A DNA stretch of 47,151 nucleotides from an uncultured Planctomycetota bacterium (GTDB lineage: Bacteria; Planctomycetota; Planctomycetia; Pirellulales; Thermoguttaceae), in the NCBI GenBank assembly GCA_900321495.1, contig ONWH01000232.1, positions 1 to 47,151 of the forward strand, read 5' to 3'. Position 1 is the first letter of the stretch. Each line of letters opens with the position of its first letter. Under the pieces are notes generated by a model. It worked only from the letters and a program-made list of their open reading frames with translations. It made no database searches and was not told the origin of the DNA. The translations under genes were made by a program, and so were the position numbers. Of this stretch, positions 8,107-16,761 are shown piece by piece.

Positions 8107-8631
8107 ATGATACTTTCAGGTTTAAAGATCCGCGAAGAGATTGAAAACGGGACGATCGAGATTAACCCGTACGACGAGTCGCGTCTGAATCCGAACAGTT
8201 ATAATCTTCGGCTCCATAACGAGCTCCTCGTCTATACCGGCGATGTTCTCGATGTCAAAAAGCCGAATCCCTACGAGACGCTCATCATCCCTCCCGAAGG
8301 GCTTGTTCTGCAGCCGGGCCGCCTTTATCTGGGACGGACGGTCGAATACACCCGTACCCAAAAGTATGTCCCGATGCTTGAAGGCCGTTCGTCGATCGGG
8401 CGGCTCGGGCTCTGTGTCCATGTGACCGCCGGATTCGGCGATATCGGGTTCGCGGGGTACTGGACCCTCGAAATCCACGCCGTTTCGCCGATTCGGGTCT
8501 ATCCGGAAATTGAGATCTGCCAGATCTACTACCATACGGTCGAAGGGGATTTCGTCCCGTACCGCAGCGGGAAGTATCAGAACAACCAGGGGATCCAGCC
8601 TAGCCTTTCGTGGCGGGATTTTGAAAAATGA
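8107..8631 (+). CDS. dcd: dCTP deaminase
   Basis: ATG at 8107 with AAAGGAG upstream and TATAAT at 8070-8075. MILSGLKIREEIENGTIEINPYDESRLNPNSYNLRL...GRSSIGRLGL matches the Dcd family. Confidence 0.9.
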   Translation: MILSGLKIREEIENGTIEINPYDESRLNPNSYNLRLHNELLVYTGDVLDVKKPNPYETLIIPPEGLVLQPGRLYLGRTVEYTRTQKYVPMLEGRSSIGRLGLCVHVTAGFGDIGFAGYWTLEIHAVSPIRVYPEIEICQIYYHTVEGDFVPYRSGKYQNNQGIQPSLSWRDFEK

Positions 8632-9578
8632 AAAGCCTTTCCGGGCGGGACAGGTTTCAGCTCCTTATCGCGGGGGTTATCTTCCTCCTCTTCCTGTCGG
8701 CGGGATGCCGCCGGGGCGGGCCGTCCTTCGAGCCCGCCGAAAAGGCGCCGCCGGAACGAATCGTTTCGGTCGTGCCGAGCGTGACCGAAACTCTTTTCGC
8801 TCTGGGATTGGGCGATCGGGTCGTCGGGGTTTCCGATTACTGCAAATTTCCGCCCGAAGTGAACGCTCTTCCGAAACTCGGCGGTCTCTATAACCCGAAT
8901 ATCGAACGGATCGTCGAACTCCGGCCGGACCTGGCGGTTCTTCTGCGCGAACATCACGAACTGAAGGAAAAACTCGACCGCACGGGAATCGAAACCCTCT
9001 CGGTCGACCATACCTCGGTGGCGGGAATTCTCAACTCGTTTGTTGAGATTGCGGCCCGCTGCGGCGTTCCCGACGCGGGGACGTCTCTCCGCGGCGAATG
9101 CGAAGAGCGCCTTGAAAAACTCCGCGTAATCGCCGAAGGAAAACCGGTTTCCGTGCTGATGGTTCTCGACCGCGATTTGGGGGAACGCGGCGTGCGCGAG
9201 GTCTACGCTGCCGGCAGGAACCGTTATTTCAACGATCTGCTCCGCCTGGCGGGCGCGTCGAACGTTCTGGCCGGCGCCGCCTCGGCGGTTCCGACCCTTT
9301 CGCGCGAAGGGATCATCGGGCTGAAGCCCGATGTCATTCTCGATCTCTCGTCTCTGGGCGCCGTTCCGGACGAAGACGCCGCGGAACTCGAGGAACTCTA
9401 TCGGCACGATTGGGATTCGTTCGCCGATTCCGTTCCGGCGGTTCGTGACGGCCGGGTCTACCCGATCCTGGTCGATTACGCGACAATTCCCGGTCCGCGG
9501 TTCGTCAGGTTTGCCGAGCTCCTTTCCGAAATTCTTCATCCCCGCCCGTCTCCGGAGCCTGGTCATTCCGGGTTGTAA
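8628..9578 (+). CDS. periplasmic substrate-binding lipoprotein, BtuF/FhuD-like (Peripla_BP_2 type)
   Basis: ATGA start/stop overlap with dcd. Signal peptide ends LSAGC. RIVSVVPSVTETLFALGLGDRVVGVSDYC...LPKLGGLYNPNIERIVELRPDLAVL is typical of this class. Confidence 0.8.
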   Translation: MKSLSGRDRFQLLIAGVIFLLFLSAGCRRGGPSFEPAEKAPPERIVSVVPSVTETLFALGLGDRVVGVSDYCKFPPEVNALPKLGGLYNPNIERIVELRPDLAVLLREHHELKEKLDRTGIETLSVDHTSVAGILNSFVEIAARCGVPDAGTSLRGECEERLEKLRVIAEGKPVSVLMVLDRDLGERGVREVYAAGRNRYFNDLLRLAGASNVLAGAASAVPTLSREGIIGLKPDVILDLSSLGAVPDEDAAELEELYRHDWDSFADSVPAVRDGRVYPILVDYATIPGPRFVRFAELLSEILHPRPSPEPGHSGL

Positions 9579-9642
9579 CAGGTATAATCAGAACCAGTGG
9601 AAATAGTTCCGGTTTTCTCCAAGCCGGTTTGCAGGAGCACCT

Positions 9643-11259
9643 ATGTTCTATCAACAGTTTTGCCGTGAAAAATTCGACGACCAGGGGCGCCTGATCCGAT
9701 TCGACCTCGAGTATCCCGAAAATTACAACTTCGGTTACGACGTTGTCGACCGGATCGCCGAGGTCACTCCCGAAAAGCTCGCCCTTCTCTGGATCGATGC
9801 CGAAAAGAACGAACGGCGGTTCACGTTTGACCAGATTCGACGGCTCAGCAATCAGACGGTTCACGCCCTGCGCGCGCGGGGGGTGAAGCGGGGCGACCGC
9901 GTCATGCTTATGATGAAGCGCTCTTACGCCTACTGGTTCGTGATCATCGCTCTTCACAAGATCGGCGCTATTGCGGTTCCGGTCTCGCACATGCTCCGGC
10001 TGGAAGATGTCATCTACCGGGTCCATCGGATCGGGATCAGTTACGTTATCGCCCTGGCCGACGATGCGATCGCCGGAATCCTCCAGGAAGTGAAGGAGGA
10101 ACTTCCCGGCCTGAAAGAGATCTGGACTTACGGCCCGAACGCGCACGGGCTCCGGAACCTCGAAGAGGATATTGCCTACATGCCCGAGACGCTCGAGCGG
10201 ATGCCGACCAGCGTCTCGGATATCATGATCGTCTATTTTACCTCGGGAACGACCGATTATCCGAAAGCGGTCGCGCACGACCACACCTATTCCCTGGCGC
10301 ACATACTGACCGCCAAATACTGGCAGCGCGTTGAAGAAAACGGTCTGCACATGACCGTAGCCGATACCGGCTGGGGGAAAGCGTCGTGGGGAAAGATCTA
10401 CGGCCAGTGGCTTTTGGGCGCGGTGGTGATCGTCTATGACTTCGAGTCGTTTGATTCGCGCCAGCTGGTCACCATCCTGAACCGGTACAAGGTCAACACC
10501 TTCTGCGCCCCCCCGACGGTCTACCGTTATATGGTCAAACGGGGAAACATCAATCTGCCCTGGCTCCATCACGCCGTTTCGGCGGGGGAATTCCTCTCGC
10601 CCGAAATCTCGGCCAAATTTGAGGAGCAGACGGGGCTTGCCATCGCCGAAGGGTTCGGACAGACCGAAACGACGCTCCAGATCGCCAATATCGCCGGCTA
10701 TGAAACCCGCCGCGGATCGATGGGAAAACCGACCCCCCTCTACGATATTGAGGTGGTTAAAGAAGACGGCACCCCCGTCTCTCCCGGGGAACCGGGCGAA
10801 ATCGTGATTCGTCTGCGCGAAAACCAGGCCGGTCTGATGATGGGTTATCTCAACGAGCAGACGGTCACCAGCAAATCATTCAGCGACGGGATCTATCATA
10901 CCGGTGACCTGGCATGGGTCGACTCCGACGGGTACTTCTGGTACAACGGCCGAAAAGACGATGTGATCAAGTCGGGCGGTTTCCGGGTCGGACCGGTCGA
11001 GATCGAAAATATCGTGATCGAGCATCCCCTGGTTCTGGAATGTTCCGTGATCGGGGTTCCCGACGCGCTCCGCGGCCAGGCGATCAAGGCGGTGATCGTC
11101 CTTCTGCCGAAAGCTGTTCCTTCGGACGACCTGAAAAAAGAGATCCGCCAATTCGCCAACGCGCGTCTGGCTGTTTTCAAGCATATCCGGCATATCGAGT
11201 TCGTCGACGAGCTCCCGAAGACACACAACGGGAAGATCCGTAAACGCGTCTTCGGCTAA
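9643..11259 (+). CDS. AMP-forming acyl-CoA synthetase (medium-chain type)
   Basis: 538 aa with AMP-binding motif YFTSGTTDYPKAV, plus YHTGDLAW, GRKDDVIKSGGFRVGPVEIE and C-terminal PKTHNGKIRK. GGAG lies 6 nt upstream of the ATG. Confidence 0.85.
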   Translation: MFYQQFCREKFDDQGRLIRFDLEYPENYNFGYDVVDRIAEVTPEKLALLWIDAEKNERRFTFDQIRRLSNQTVHALRARGVKRGDRVMLMMKRSYAYWFVIIALHKIGAIAVPVSHMLRLEDVIYRVHRIGISYVIALADDAIAGILQEVKEELPGLKEIWTYGPNAHGLRNLEEDIAYMPETLERMPTSVSDIMIVYFTSGTTDYPKAVAHDHTYSLAHILTAKYWQRVEENGLHMTVADTGWGKASWGKIYGQWLLGAVVIVYDFESFDSRQLVTILNRYKVNTFCAPPTVYRYMVKRGNINLPWLHHAVSAGEFLSPEISAKFEEQTGLAIAEGFGQTETTLQIANIAGYETRRGSMGKPTPLYDIEVVKEDGTPVSPGEPGEIVIRLRENQAGLMMGYLNEQTVTSKSFSDGIYHTGDLAWVDSDGYFWYNGRKDDVIKSGGFRVGPVEIENIVIEHPLVLECSVIGVPDALRGQAIKAVIVLLPKAVPSDDLKKEIRQFANARLAVFKHIRHIEFVDELPKTHNGKIRKRVFG

Positions 11260-11280
11260 TCGGAGCAGCGGGCGTTTAAC

Positions 11281-11316
11281 AACAAGAGCCGGCTTTTGCC
11301 GGCTCTTGTTGCTTTT
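11281..11316. terminator. bidirectional intrinsic terminator between convergent genes
   Basis: Perfect 13-bp stem AACAAGAGCCGGC / GCCGGCTCTTGTT (11281-11293 / 11298-11310) with a TTTT loop, then GCTTTT. Confidence 0.75.
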
Positions 11317-14300
11317 CAGTCGGCCTTCGCCTTGGCCGCGGCGCGCTTTTTCTGCCGCTCGGAGCGCTTGACGAAGCACTGCCCCAACGGACTGGTCAAA
11401 AGGGATGCGAGGAAGACCAAGTCGCCAATCTCCGCCACAAGGAGGATCGTCAGCATCAGCAGGCCGAACCGCTGGGTCGGCACGAAGGTGCTGAACATAA
11501 ACGCCGAAAGTCCGAGTCCGGCGATCAGCGTCGACTCGGTCATCGCCGGCGCGCACCGTTTGTACGCCTCGACCGCCGACTGCTTTCGGGTCAGGCCGCG
11601 GTCGACGCCGTCCGAGAACCAGGTGAGGTAATGCATCGTGTCGTCGACCGCGACCCCCAGCGCGACGCTGGCGGTCATCATGGTGCCGACGTCAACGACG
11701 ATTCCCGCCCACGCCATAAATCCGAAGACGATAATAACCGGAAAGACGTTCGGGATCATTGCCACAAAGGCGCATGAGGGGCTCCGCAGATAGAAGACGA
11801 AGACAACCGCGATGATCAGAAACGCCATGATGATGCTCTTGACCAGGCCGTTGATCAGCGCGTGCTGCGTCTTATAGACGAGCGGAACCATCCCTGTGTA
11901 TTTTGCCGAAATCCCTGAGGGGAAGATGACGTCGTCGCTGTGCGCACCGGCATCCCCCTCGATGGTCTCGTCTTCACAGCAGGCTTTAAAGTCGCCGCGC
12001 ACCTTCTGAAGAAGCGGGTCGTCCGTCTTCAGATAGGAGTAGTCGGCCTCTTTCTCCATCAGACCCGCCAGGACGTTCTGCGGCGGGGCGATATCGCTCA
12101 GCCCGGCGTTGGCCAGGTAGTCGTACTTGTCGGTGTCGATGTGAAACAGATCGACCATCAGCGCCCGAGACTCTTCTCCCAGAAGAGGCTGAACGACTTT
12201 CTTGACCTGGTTGATCAGGTCCGAGTAGTCGACGTCTTTTTTCAGGGACCAGACGCGGATACTGATCCGCCACAGCTCGATCCCCCGTTTCTGCTGCCAG
12301 AGACGGCACGCACGGTAGATTTCACCCGATTCGGCGCCGGTGATGATCGAACGGTACGGTTTCCCCTCGGTAATCTTGCCGAAAATCCCCGAAAGATCGG
12401 TGATCCCCGCCTCTTCGAGTTCGGGGCGCTTCTTTTCAAGGAGCGCGCGGAGGCGGAGCGCCGAAAGGAGCTCCTTTTCGGCTTTGCGATAATCCTCGAC
12501 ATTGGCGCGGTGCGAAGTGTCGGCAATCGCGGCGGCATCTTCATAGGCCGGCGCTACCGCAGGATCGTAACCGTCGGCGGCGATATCCGCGCCCAGATAG
12601 GTCTGCTGCTCTTCCGAGGAAAGTTCCCCCATCAGGAGAACGCGCTTCTGTGAATACGTCTCTTTGGCGGGAGCGATCTCCTCGTCGGCGACTTCGATGA
12701 TTTCCGAAATCGGCGGATTCCCCTCAATGGTGAGGTAGTCTTTGAGTGCCCCCCGGTTTTCGTCGATATTTTTGCCGAGCGCCGAACCGACGATCCGCCA
12801 TGCGGTAGTGCCGGGCTCGCAGAGCGAATCGAGATCGGGGGTGAACGTCGCCACCGAAAGGGCGCCGCCGATCAGCGGCGTGCCGTCATCCTTGTCGCGG
12901 ATGTTCTCTTTCAGCTCGCTGCAGATCCGGTTGACCAGATCCAGGCGTGCGGCGGTGCCGTACCGCTCGGGACCGAGTCTGGCGTTGTCGAAGCAGAGAA
13001 CCACTTCCATCGGAACCAGCGGTCCGAGCTTGTCTTCGAGCCATGTGTAGTGCGCGATAATGTCGGCGTCGGGGGAGAAGAAGTTCATCATCTTCACCGA
13101 AGGTTTGAGTTTCGGCAGATAGGCGCCGAAAAAGAGCATTGCGCCGAAACAGAGTATGGCGAGCGGAACGTGGAAGTGAACCACAAAGCGGCCGTATTTC
13201 AGCCAGAAATTGGCCAGGACGCCGGAATGGTTTTCGAGCCCCTCGTTCGCGTATTTCTTGGCGAACTTCTTCCGCGGAAACGCGGTCAGAAGGGCCGGCA
13301 GATAGAGGAAGAGGAGCAGAAGCGTCATCAGAACGCCGACCGCCGAGTAGAACCCGAACTTTACGATCGGAATCAGCTGGCTGGTAAAGAGGGAGCCCAG
13401 CCCGATCGCGGTTGTCAGCTGTGCGAAGAAAGACGGAGGGAACGCGTGGCCGACGGCGCGTTCAACCGCGCCGTCGAGCCCTTTGTCACGAATCGCGTCA
13501 TGGTAATAGTTGATCAAATGAATCGATCCGGACATGGCCAGGACGTAGACCAGCGCCGGCATGCTCAGAAGAATCGAGTCGCACTTGCTCCCGGTGAAAG
13601 AAACCATCGCCATGGCGAGCCCCGCCGACAGGATCGCGACCCAAAACGTGTACATCGTCAGCATGAAGTCGCGCAGACAGATGAGCGCCAGGACAAGGCT
13701 GATGACCGCGCAGATCCCCGCCAGGCGGTAGAGGGTCCGCGTTCCTTCCTGGTCGAGCGCGGCATTGTCGACCGGCGGTCCGCCCATGATCAGGCCGTCG
13801 ACCCGCGGCGTCCGGCCGTAGATGATTTCGTGAACCGTATCGGCGACAGCCGACCATGCGCGGTAGGCGACGCTTCCGGTTCTGACGTCCGTTGTGTCGG
13901 GAAGGCCGCACTCGACCGAAATCGACTTGACCCGGTTGATCAGTTCCTGCATCTTTTTGCCGCCCCCCTTGAACCCGGTGTTCAGGGTGATGAGCATGGC
14001 GGTACTCTTGTGGTCCGGACCGACCAGCACGCCGGTCAGCCGCTCCATCACCAGGCGGTGGAGCTCTTCGGGGTTCCCGCGAAGCCGGCGTGAGGCCTTT
14101 GAGTAGGAATCTTCCAAAAGGCGTGCCAGACGGGGACCGGTCATGACCGAACGGAAATAGTTTTCGGAATTCTGGAGGTTGGCGGCGGCGGCCAGTTTGG
14201 GGGATGCCGGACCGGGAGCATTCTGTACGGAGTCCGCCTCTTCGGCCGGTTCGTGTGCCGCGGGAGAGGCGAGCGCGGGATCGAGCCGGTCGTCGATCTT

Positions 14301-14660
14301 TTCAATATCAAGGTCGGCCAGAAGCTCCGCTTCCGGCGCGGTCAGCGCGAAATTGTCAATTGTCTGGCTTGGAACGAGCTTCTGCGCGAAGAGCTCAATC
14401 TGGTCTTCGTGGATTTTGCTCTCTCCGGTCTCATCGAACTGACATCCCTCCCAACTGACGACAATGTAGCTCTCAAAAGGGAACTTTTCCAGAAACCACT
14501 TGTAGTCTTTCGTTTCCTGAAAGTTGGAGGGGAGCCAGTCTTCGACCGCGTTCGAGTTGCTTTCCAGCGTACGGCGCGAGCCCATCAGGATGAAACTCAG
14601 CAGAAATACAACGACGAAGATGATTCGAAAACCGTATGTCTTATAAAAATCTTTTACCAT
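11316..14660 (-). CDS. MMPL/RND-superfamily (sterol-sensing-domain type) exporter
   Basis: ATG at 14660 chosen; the ORF-track TTG at 14729 lies inside a hairpin. Two multi-helix hydrophobic bundles are separated by large soluble domains. ALGVAVDDTMHYL-type motif is in the last bundle. Confidence 0.8.
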   Translation of the reverse strand: MVKDFYKTYGFRIIFVVVFLLSFILMGSRRTLESNSNAVEDWLPSNFQETKDYKWFLEKFPFESYIVVSWEGCQFDETGESKIHEDQIELFAQKLVPSQTIDNFALTAPEAELLADLDIEKIDDRLDPALASPAAHEPAEEADSVQNAPGPASPKLAAAANLQNSENYFRSVMTGPRLARLLEDSYSKASRRLRGNPEELHRLVMERLTGVLVGPDHKSTAMLITLNTGFKGGGKKMQELINRVKSISVECGLPDTTDVRTGSVAYRAWSAVADTVHEIIYGRTPRVDGLIMGGPPVDNAALDQEGTRTLYRLAGICAVISLVLALICLRDFMLTMYTFWVAILSAGLAMAMVSFTGSKCDSILLSMPALVYVLAMSGSIHLINYYHDAIRDKGLDGAVERAVGHAFPPSFFAQLTTAIGLGSLFTSQLIPIVKFGFYSAVGVLMTLLLLFLYLPALLTAFPRKKFAKKYANEGLENHSGVLANFWLKYGRFVVHFHVPLAILCFGAMLFFGAYLPKLKPSVKMMNFFSPDADIIAHYTWLEDKLGPLVPMEVVLCFDNARLGPERYGTAARLDLVNRICSELKENIRDKDDGTPLIGGALSVATFTPDLDSLCEPGTTAWRIVGSALGKNIDENRGALKDYLTIEGNPPISEIIEVADEEIAPAKETYSQKRVLLMGELSSEEQQTYLGADIAADGYDPAVAPAYEDAAAIADTSHRANVEDYRKAEKELLSALRLRALLEKKRPELEEAGITDLSGIFGKITEGKPYRSIITGAESGEIYRACRLWQQKRGIELWRISIRVWSLKKDVDYSDLINQVKKVVQPLLGEESRALMVDLFHIDTDKYDYLANAGLSDIAPPQNVLAGLMEKEADYSYLKTDDPLLQKVRGDFKACCEDETIEGDAGAHSDDVIFPSGISAKYTGMVPLVYKTQHALINGLVKSIIMAFLIIAVVFVFYLRSPSCAFVAMIPNVFPVIIVFGFMAWAGIVVDVGTMMTASVALGVAVDDTMHYLTWFSDGVDRGLTRKQSAVEAYKRCAPAMTESTLIAGLGLSAFMFSTFVPTQRFGLLMLTILLVAEIGDLVFLASLLTSPLGQCFVKRSERQKKRAAAKAKAD

Positions 14661-14695
14661 CGTCTCGCTCTGGGAAAGAGTGGATTCGCACGGCG

Positions 14696-14736
14696 AAAAA
14701 AACCGGTGTTTTATGGTTCCTCCCCACAAAACACCG
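14696..14736 (-). terminator. intrinsic-terminator-like hairpin in the MMPL leader
   Basis: Minus strand reads CGGTGTTTT, a 15-nt loop, AAAACACCG, then T7. It ends 35 nt before the MMPL ATG and begins 123 nt after the upstream gene's stop. Confidence 0.6.
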
Positions 14737-14858
14737 ATTTAAAGATACCCTTTTTCGGCGAAACTGTCTATACGGTTTCAACGGGATGAGAGCCAAAAGC
14801 GCAGGGGGAACGCCGTTAAAACCTTCCCTCTTTGCCGCGCCTGTGTATATCGCCGATT

Positions 14859-16268
14859 TTAACGCTGCTTTTCCGCTTCGGCGGCGGTCAGACTCTCGGC
14901 CAGATCCTGATAGAAATCGGTTTCGTCAGCCAGGAAATAGCGCACCATTGTCGAGTTGACGTAAAAGACGAGCTCCGCTCCCTTGGCGGATTTCGGCCGC
15001 TTGACCTTTTTCGGGTCGAAATCGTCGGCGATTCCCTGTTCCCCGAAATCGAGATAGTTGTTTGTCCGGTCGATCCGGCCCAGGAGCGATTCGAGCGCCT
15101 CTTTCAGCGGCGCCTGGCTCTCTTTGGTCAGAAGCGGAAGGATACCCCCTTTTCCGTTTCCCCCGTCGATTGCCGTGCGGAGTGATTCGGCGTCGAATTT
15201 GACACGCGAGACGACCGTTTCGGTATTCACCGAACTCCCCCCAGCCATCGTCGGGAGGGCGCCGCCTGTCCGCCCGCCTCCCTGGGTGCTCTCAACCTGC
15301 GACCGGATATTCTCCTCGTCGATGAAGGCGATCTCTTTCTGGTTCAGGGAGAGCGCCGCACGCGCAACGGCGCTGACGAGCGGTTCGAAGTCGAAATCGT
15401 CCTTTCCGGTGAACTTCATCGTTCCGATTCCCCGCAGCGTAGCGCACTGCACCGTGCTGTCGACTGACTTGTCGCGCAGAAGGCGGATAAACGTATCGAG
15501 AATGACCGTGTCGTTTTCTCCCTGCGACGGGGACTCAAACGCCGCAAGACCGTCGACCGCCTTCTTCTGGAACCAGGCGGTCGTCTCGGCGGGATAATTG
15601 CGTTTCTTTCCGAACGCCGGGTCGAGCGTCTGGAGAAAGACGTCGGTAACGGCTTTTTTATCAGCCGGGTCGGCAATGCCGAGCGCGGCGTAGCGGTCGA
15701 GGCTGATCAGGATCGCCAGGACGACGTAGTCAGGAACCCTGTTCCCCTTGGCGTCGCCCTCTCCCGCATTGAAGATATCGGTCATGGTGCGGATCGCCGG
15801 GGCATAGGGAACCCCCGTGTCTCCCCCGCCGCCGGTACCCGCTTCCCGCTCGTTGAACATTCCCATGGCCAGCGCGGCGTTGTAGCGCACCGCCGGCATC
15901 AGGTCTTCGGCCTGCGCCATTTCGGCGAAAAGACCGACCAGGACCCGCTGACAGGTCTTTTTGTTTTCGGATCGGAGCGCAGCGACATCGGATGCCGTCT
16001 CACGCCGCAGAACATGAAGTTTGGAAAGGTTTTCGCGCTGGGTCCAGCGGGCGAGATAGAACCCCTTGGCATATTCGGCAATGGCCGCTTCGTCCCCCGA
16101 ACCCAAGTCGGACTTGCGGTTTGCCAGGTCTCTGTTGATCGGGTCTTCACGGTATTGCGCCCTTGCGCCGCCGGCGGCGCAGAGAATGAAGACGACGGCG
16201 CAGAAAAACACGATCAGGCTCCGCTTCGGGCCGCGGCCTGTTTGCGTGTATAGCAGGTTCTTTTTCAC
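14859..16268 (-). CDS. secreted hypothetical protein (helical-repeat-like), no family recognised
   Basis: 469-aa ORF with GTG start and GAGGGG upstream. Signal peptide is LIVFFCAVVFILCAAGGARAQ. Periodic hydrophobic helices (AVRYNAALAMGMF, QCATLRGIGTM) suggest HEAT/ARM-like repeats. Confidence 0.6.
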   Translation of the reverse strand: MKKNLLYTQTGRGPKRSLIVFFCAVVFILCAAGGARAQYREDPINRDLANRKSDLGSGDEAAIAEYAKGFYLARWTQRENLSKLHVLRRETASDVAALRSENKKTCQRVLVGLFAEMAQAEDLMPAVRYNAALAMGMFNEREAGTGGGGDTGVPYAPAIRTMTDIFNAGEGDAKGNRVPDYVVLAILISLDRYAALGIADPADKKAVTDVFLQTLDPAFGKKRNYPAETTAWFQKKAVDGLAAFESPSQGENDTVILDTFIRLLRDKSVDSTVQCATLRGIGTMKFTGKDDFDFEPLVSAVARAALSLNQKEIAFIDEENIRSQVESTQGGGRTGGALPTMAGGSSVNTETVVSRVKFDAESLRTAIDGGNGKGGILPLLTKESQAPLKEALESLLGRIDRTNNYLDFGEQGIADDFDPKKVKRPKSAKGAELVFYVNSTMVRYFLADETDFYQDLAESLTAAEAEKQR

Positions 16269-16351
16269 GATCCCCTCGCTGGCTGTGCGATGATGATTCG
16301 AAAGATGTCCCCCTTTTCGGGAGAAGGGTACCGAACGTCGCGGTCTGGTTT

Positions 16352-16380
16352 ATTGTAGCCCCTTCGGCGCCGAGATTCAA
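16352..16380 (-). promoter_or_regulatory. sigma70 promoter for the 469-aa gene
   Basis: Minus strand reads TTGAAT-N17-TACAAT; the predicted leader is about 77 nt. Confidence 0.5.
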
Positions 16381-16501
16381 GGAGTTTTCCCGAAACTTTT
16401 TGAAAAGCGCTCTCTCCTTCCCATCTTTTCCTGTCTGCGCCTTTTTTGGCGGCAGTTTGGGCAATTCCGGCGGACTTTTCCGACTGGGGTGTTTTCCGAT
16501 T

Positions 16502-16541
16502 CCCGCCAGGTTTGGCGGCGGGGGCTTTTTTTCTTTTTTTT
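16502..16541 (+). terminator. orphan terminator-like element in a divergent intergenic region
   Basis: CCCGCC-N9-GGCGGG, then GGC and T7-C-T8. There is no annotated plus-strand gene upstream. Confidence 0.35.
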
Positions 16542-16575
16542 CAACGGCGAAATGCTGTTTTGCCGATTTAGACAG

Positions 16576-16604
16576 TGGACTCTTGCATTATTATGTGGTA
16601 ATAT
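16576..16604 (+). promoter_or_regulatory. candidate promoter for the CpaB-like gene
   Basis: TGGACT-N17-TAATAT with an extended -10 TGg; the predicted leader is about 150 nt. Confidence 0.4.
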
Positions 16605-16761
16605 ATTCTGGGGTCTCAGGGGGCCGGAAGTGTGACAATCGTCTGTCATTCTTCCTGATTCCGCCCCTTTTATCCGTTTCGCGGGCTCCGGCTTCTTTCG
16701 GCCCTTTGTCACGTAAAGGGGCCCGGCGGTAAAAGAATGCCGAGGCGCCGCCGACTTGACT

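Noticed and set aside
14727-14729. TTG start giving a 1137-aa MMPL protein
   Set aside because: This codon lies inside the stem-loop of the terminator-like hairpin and has no Shine-Dalgarno. The ATG at 14660 begins directly with the expected N-terminal hydrophobic segment.
16387-16394. Recurring TTCCCGAA word in intergenic DNA (16387, 24924, 38102) as a regulator binding site
   Set aside because: Three occurrences of an 8-mer in 47 kb (both strands) is close to chance expectation. One copy is merely the loop of a terminator.
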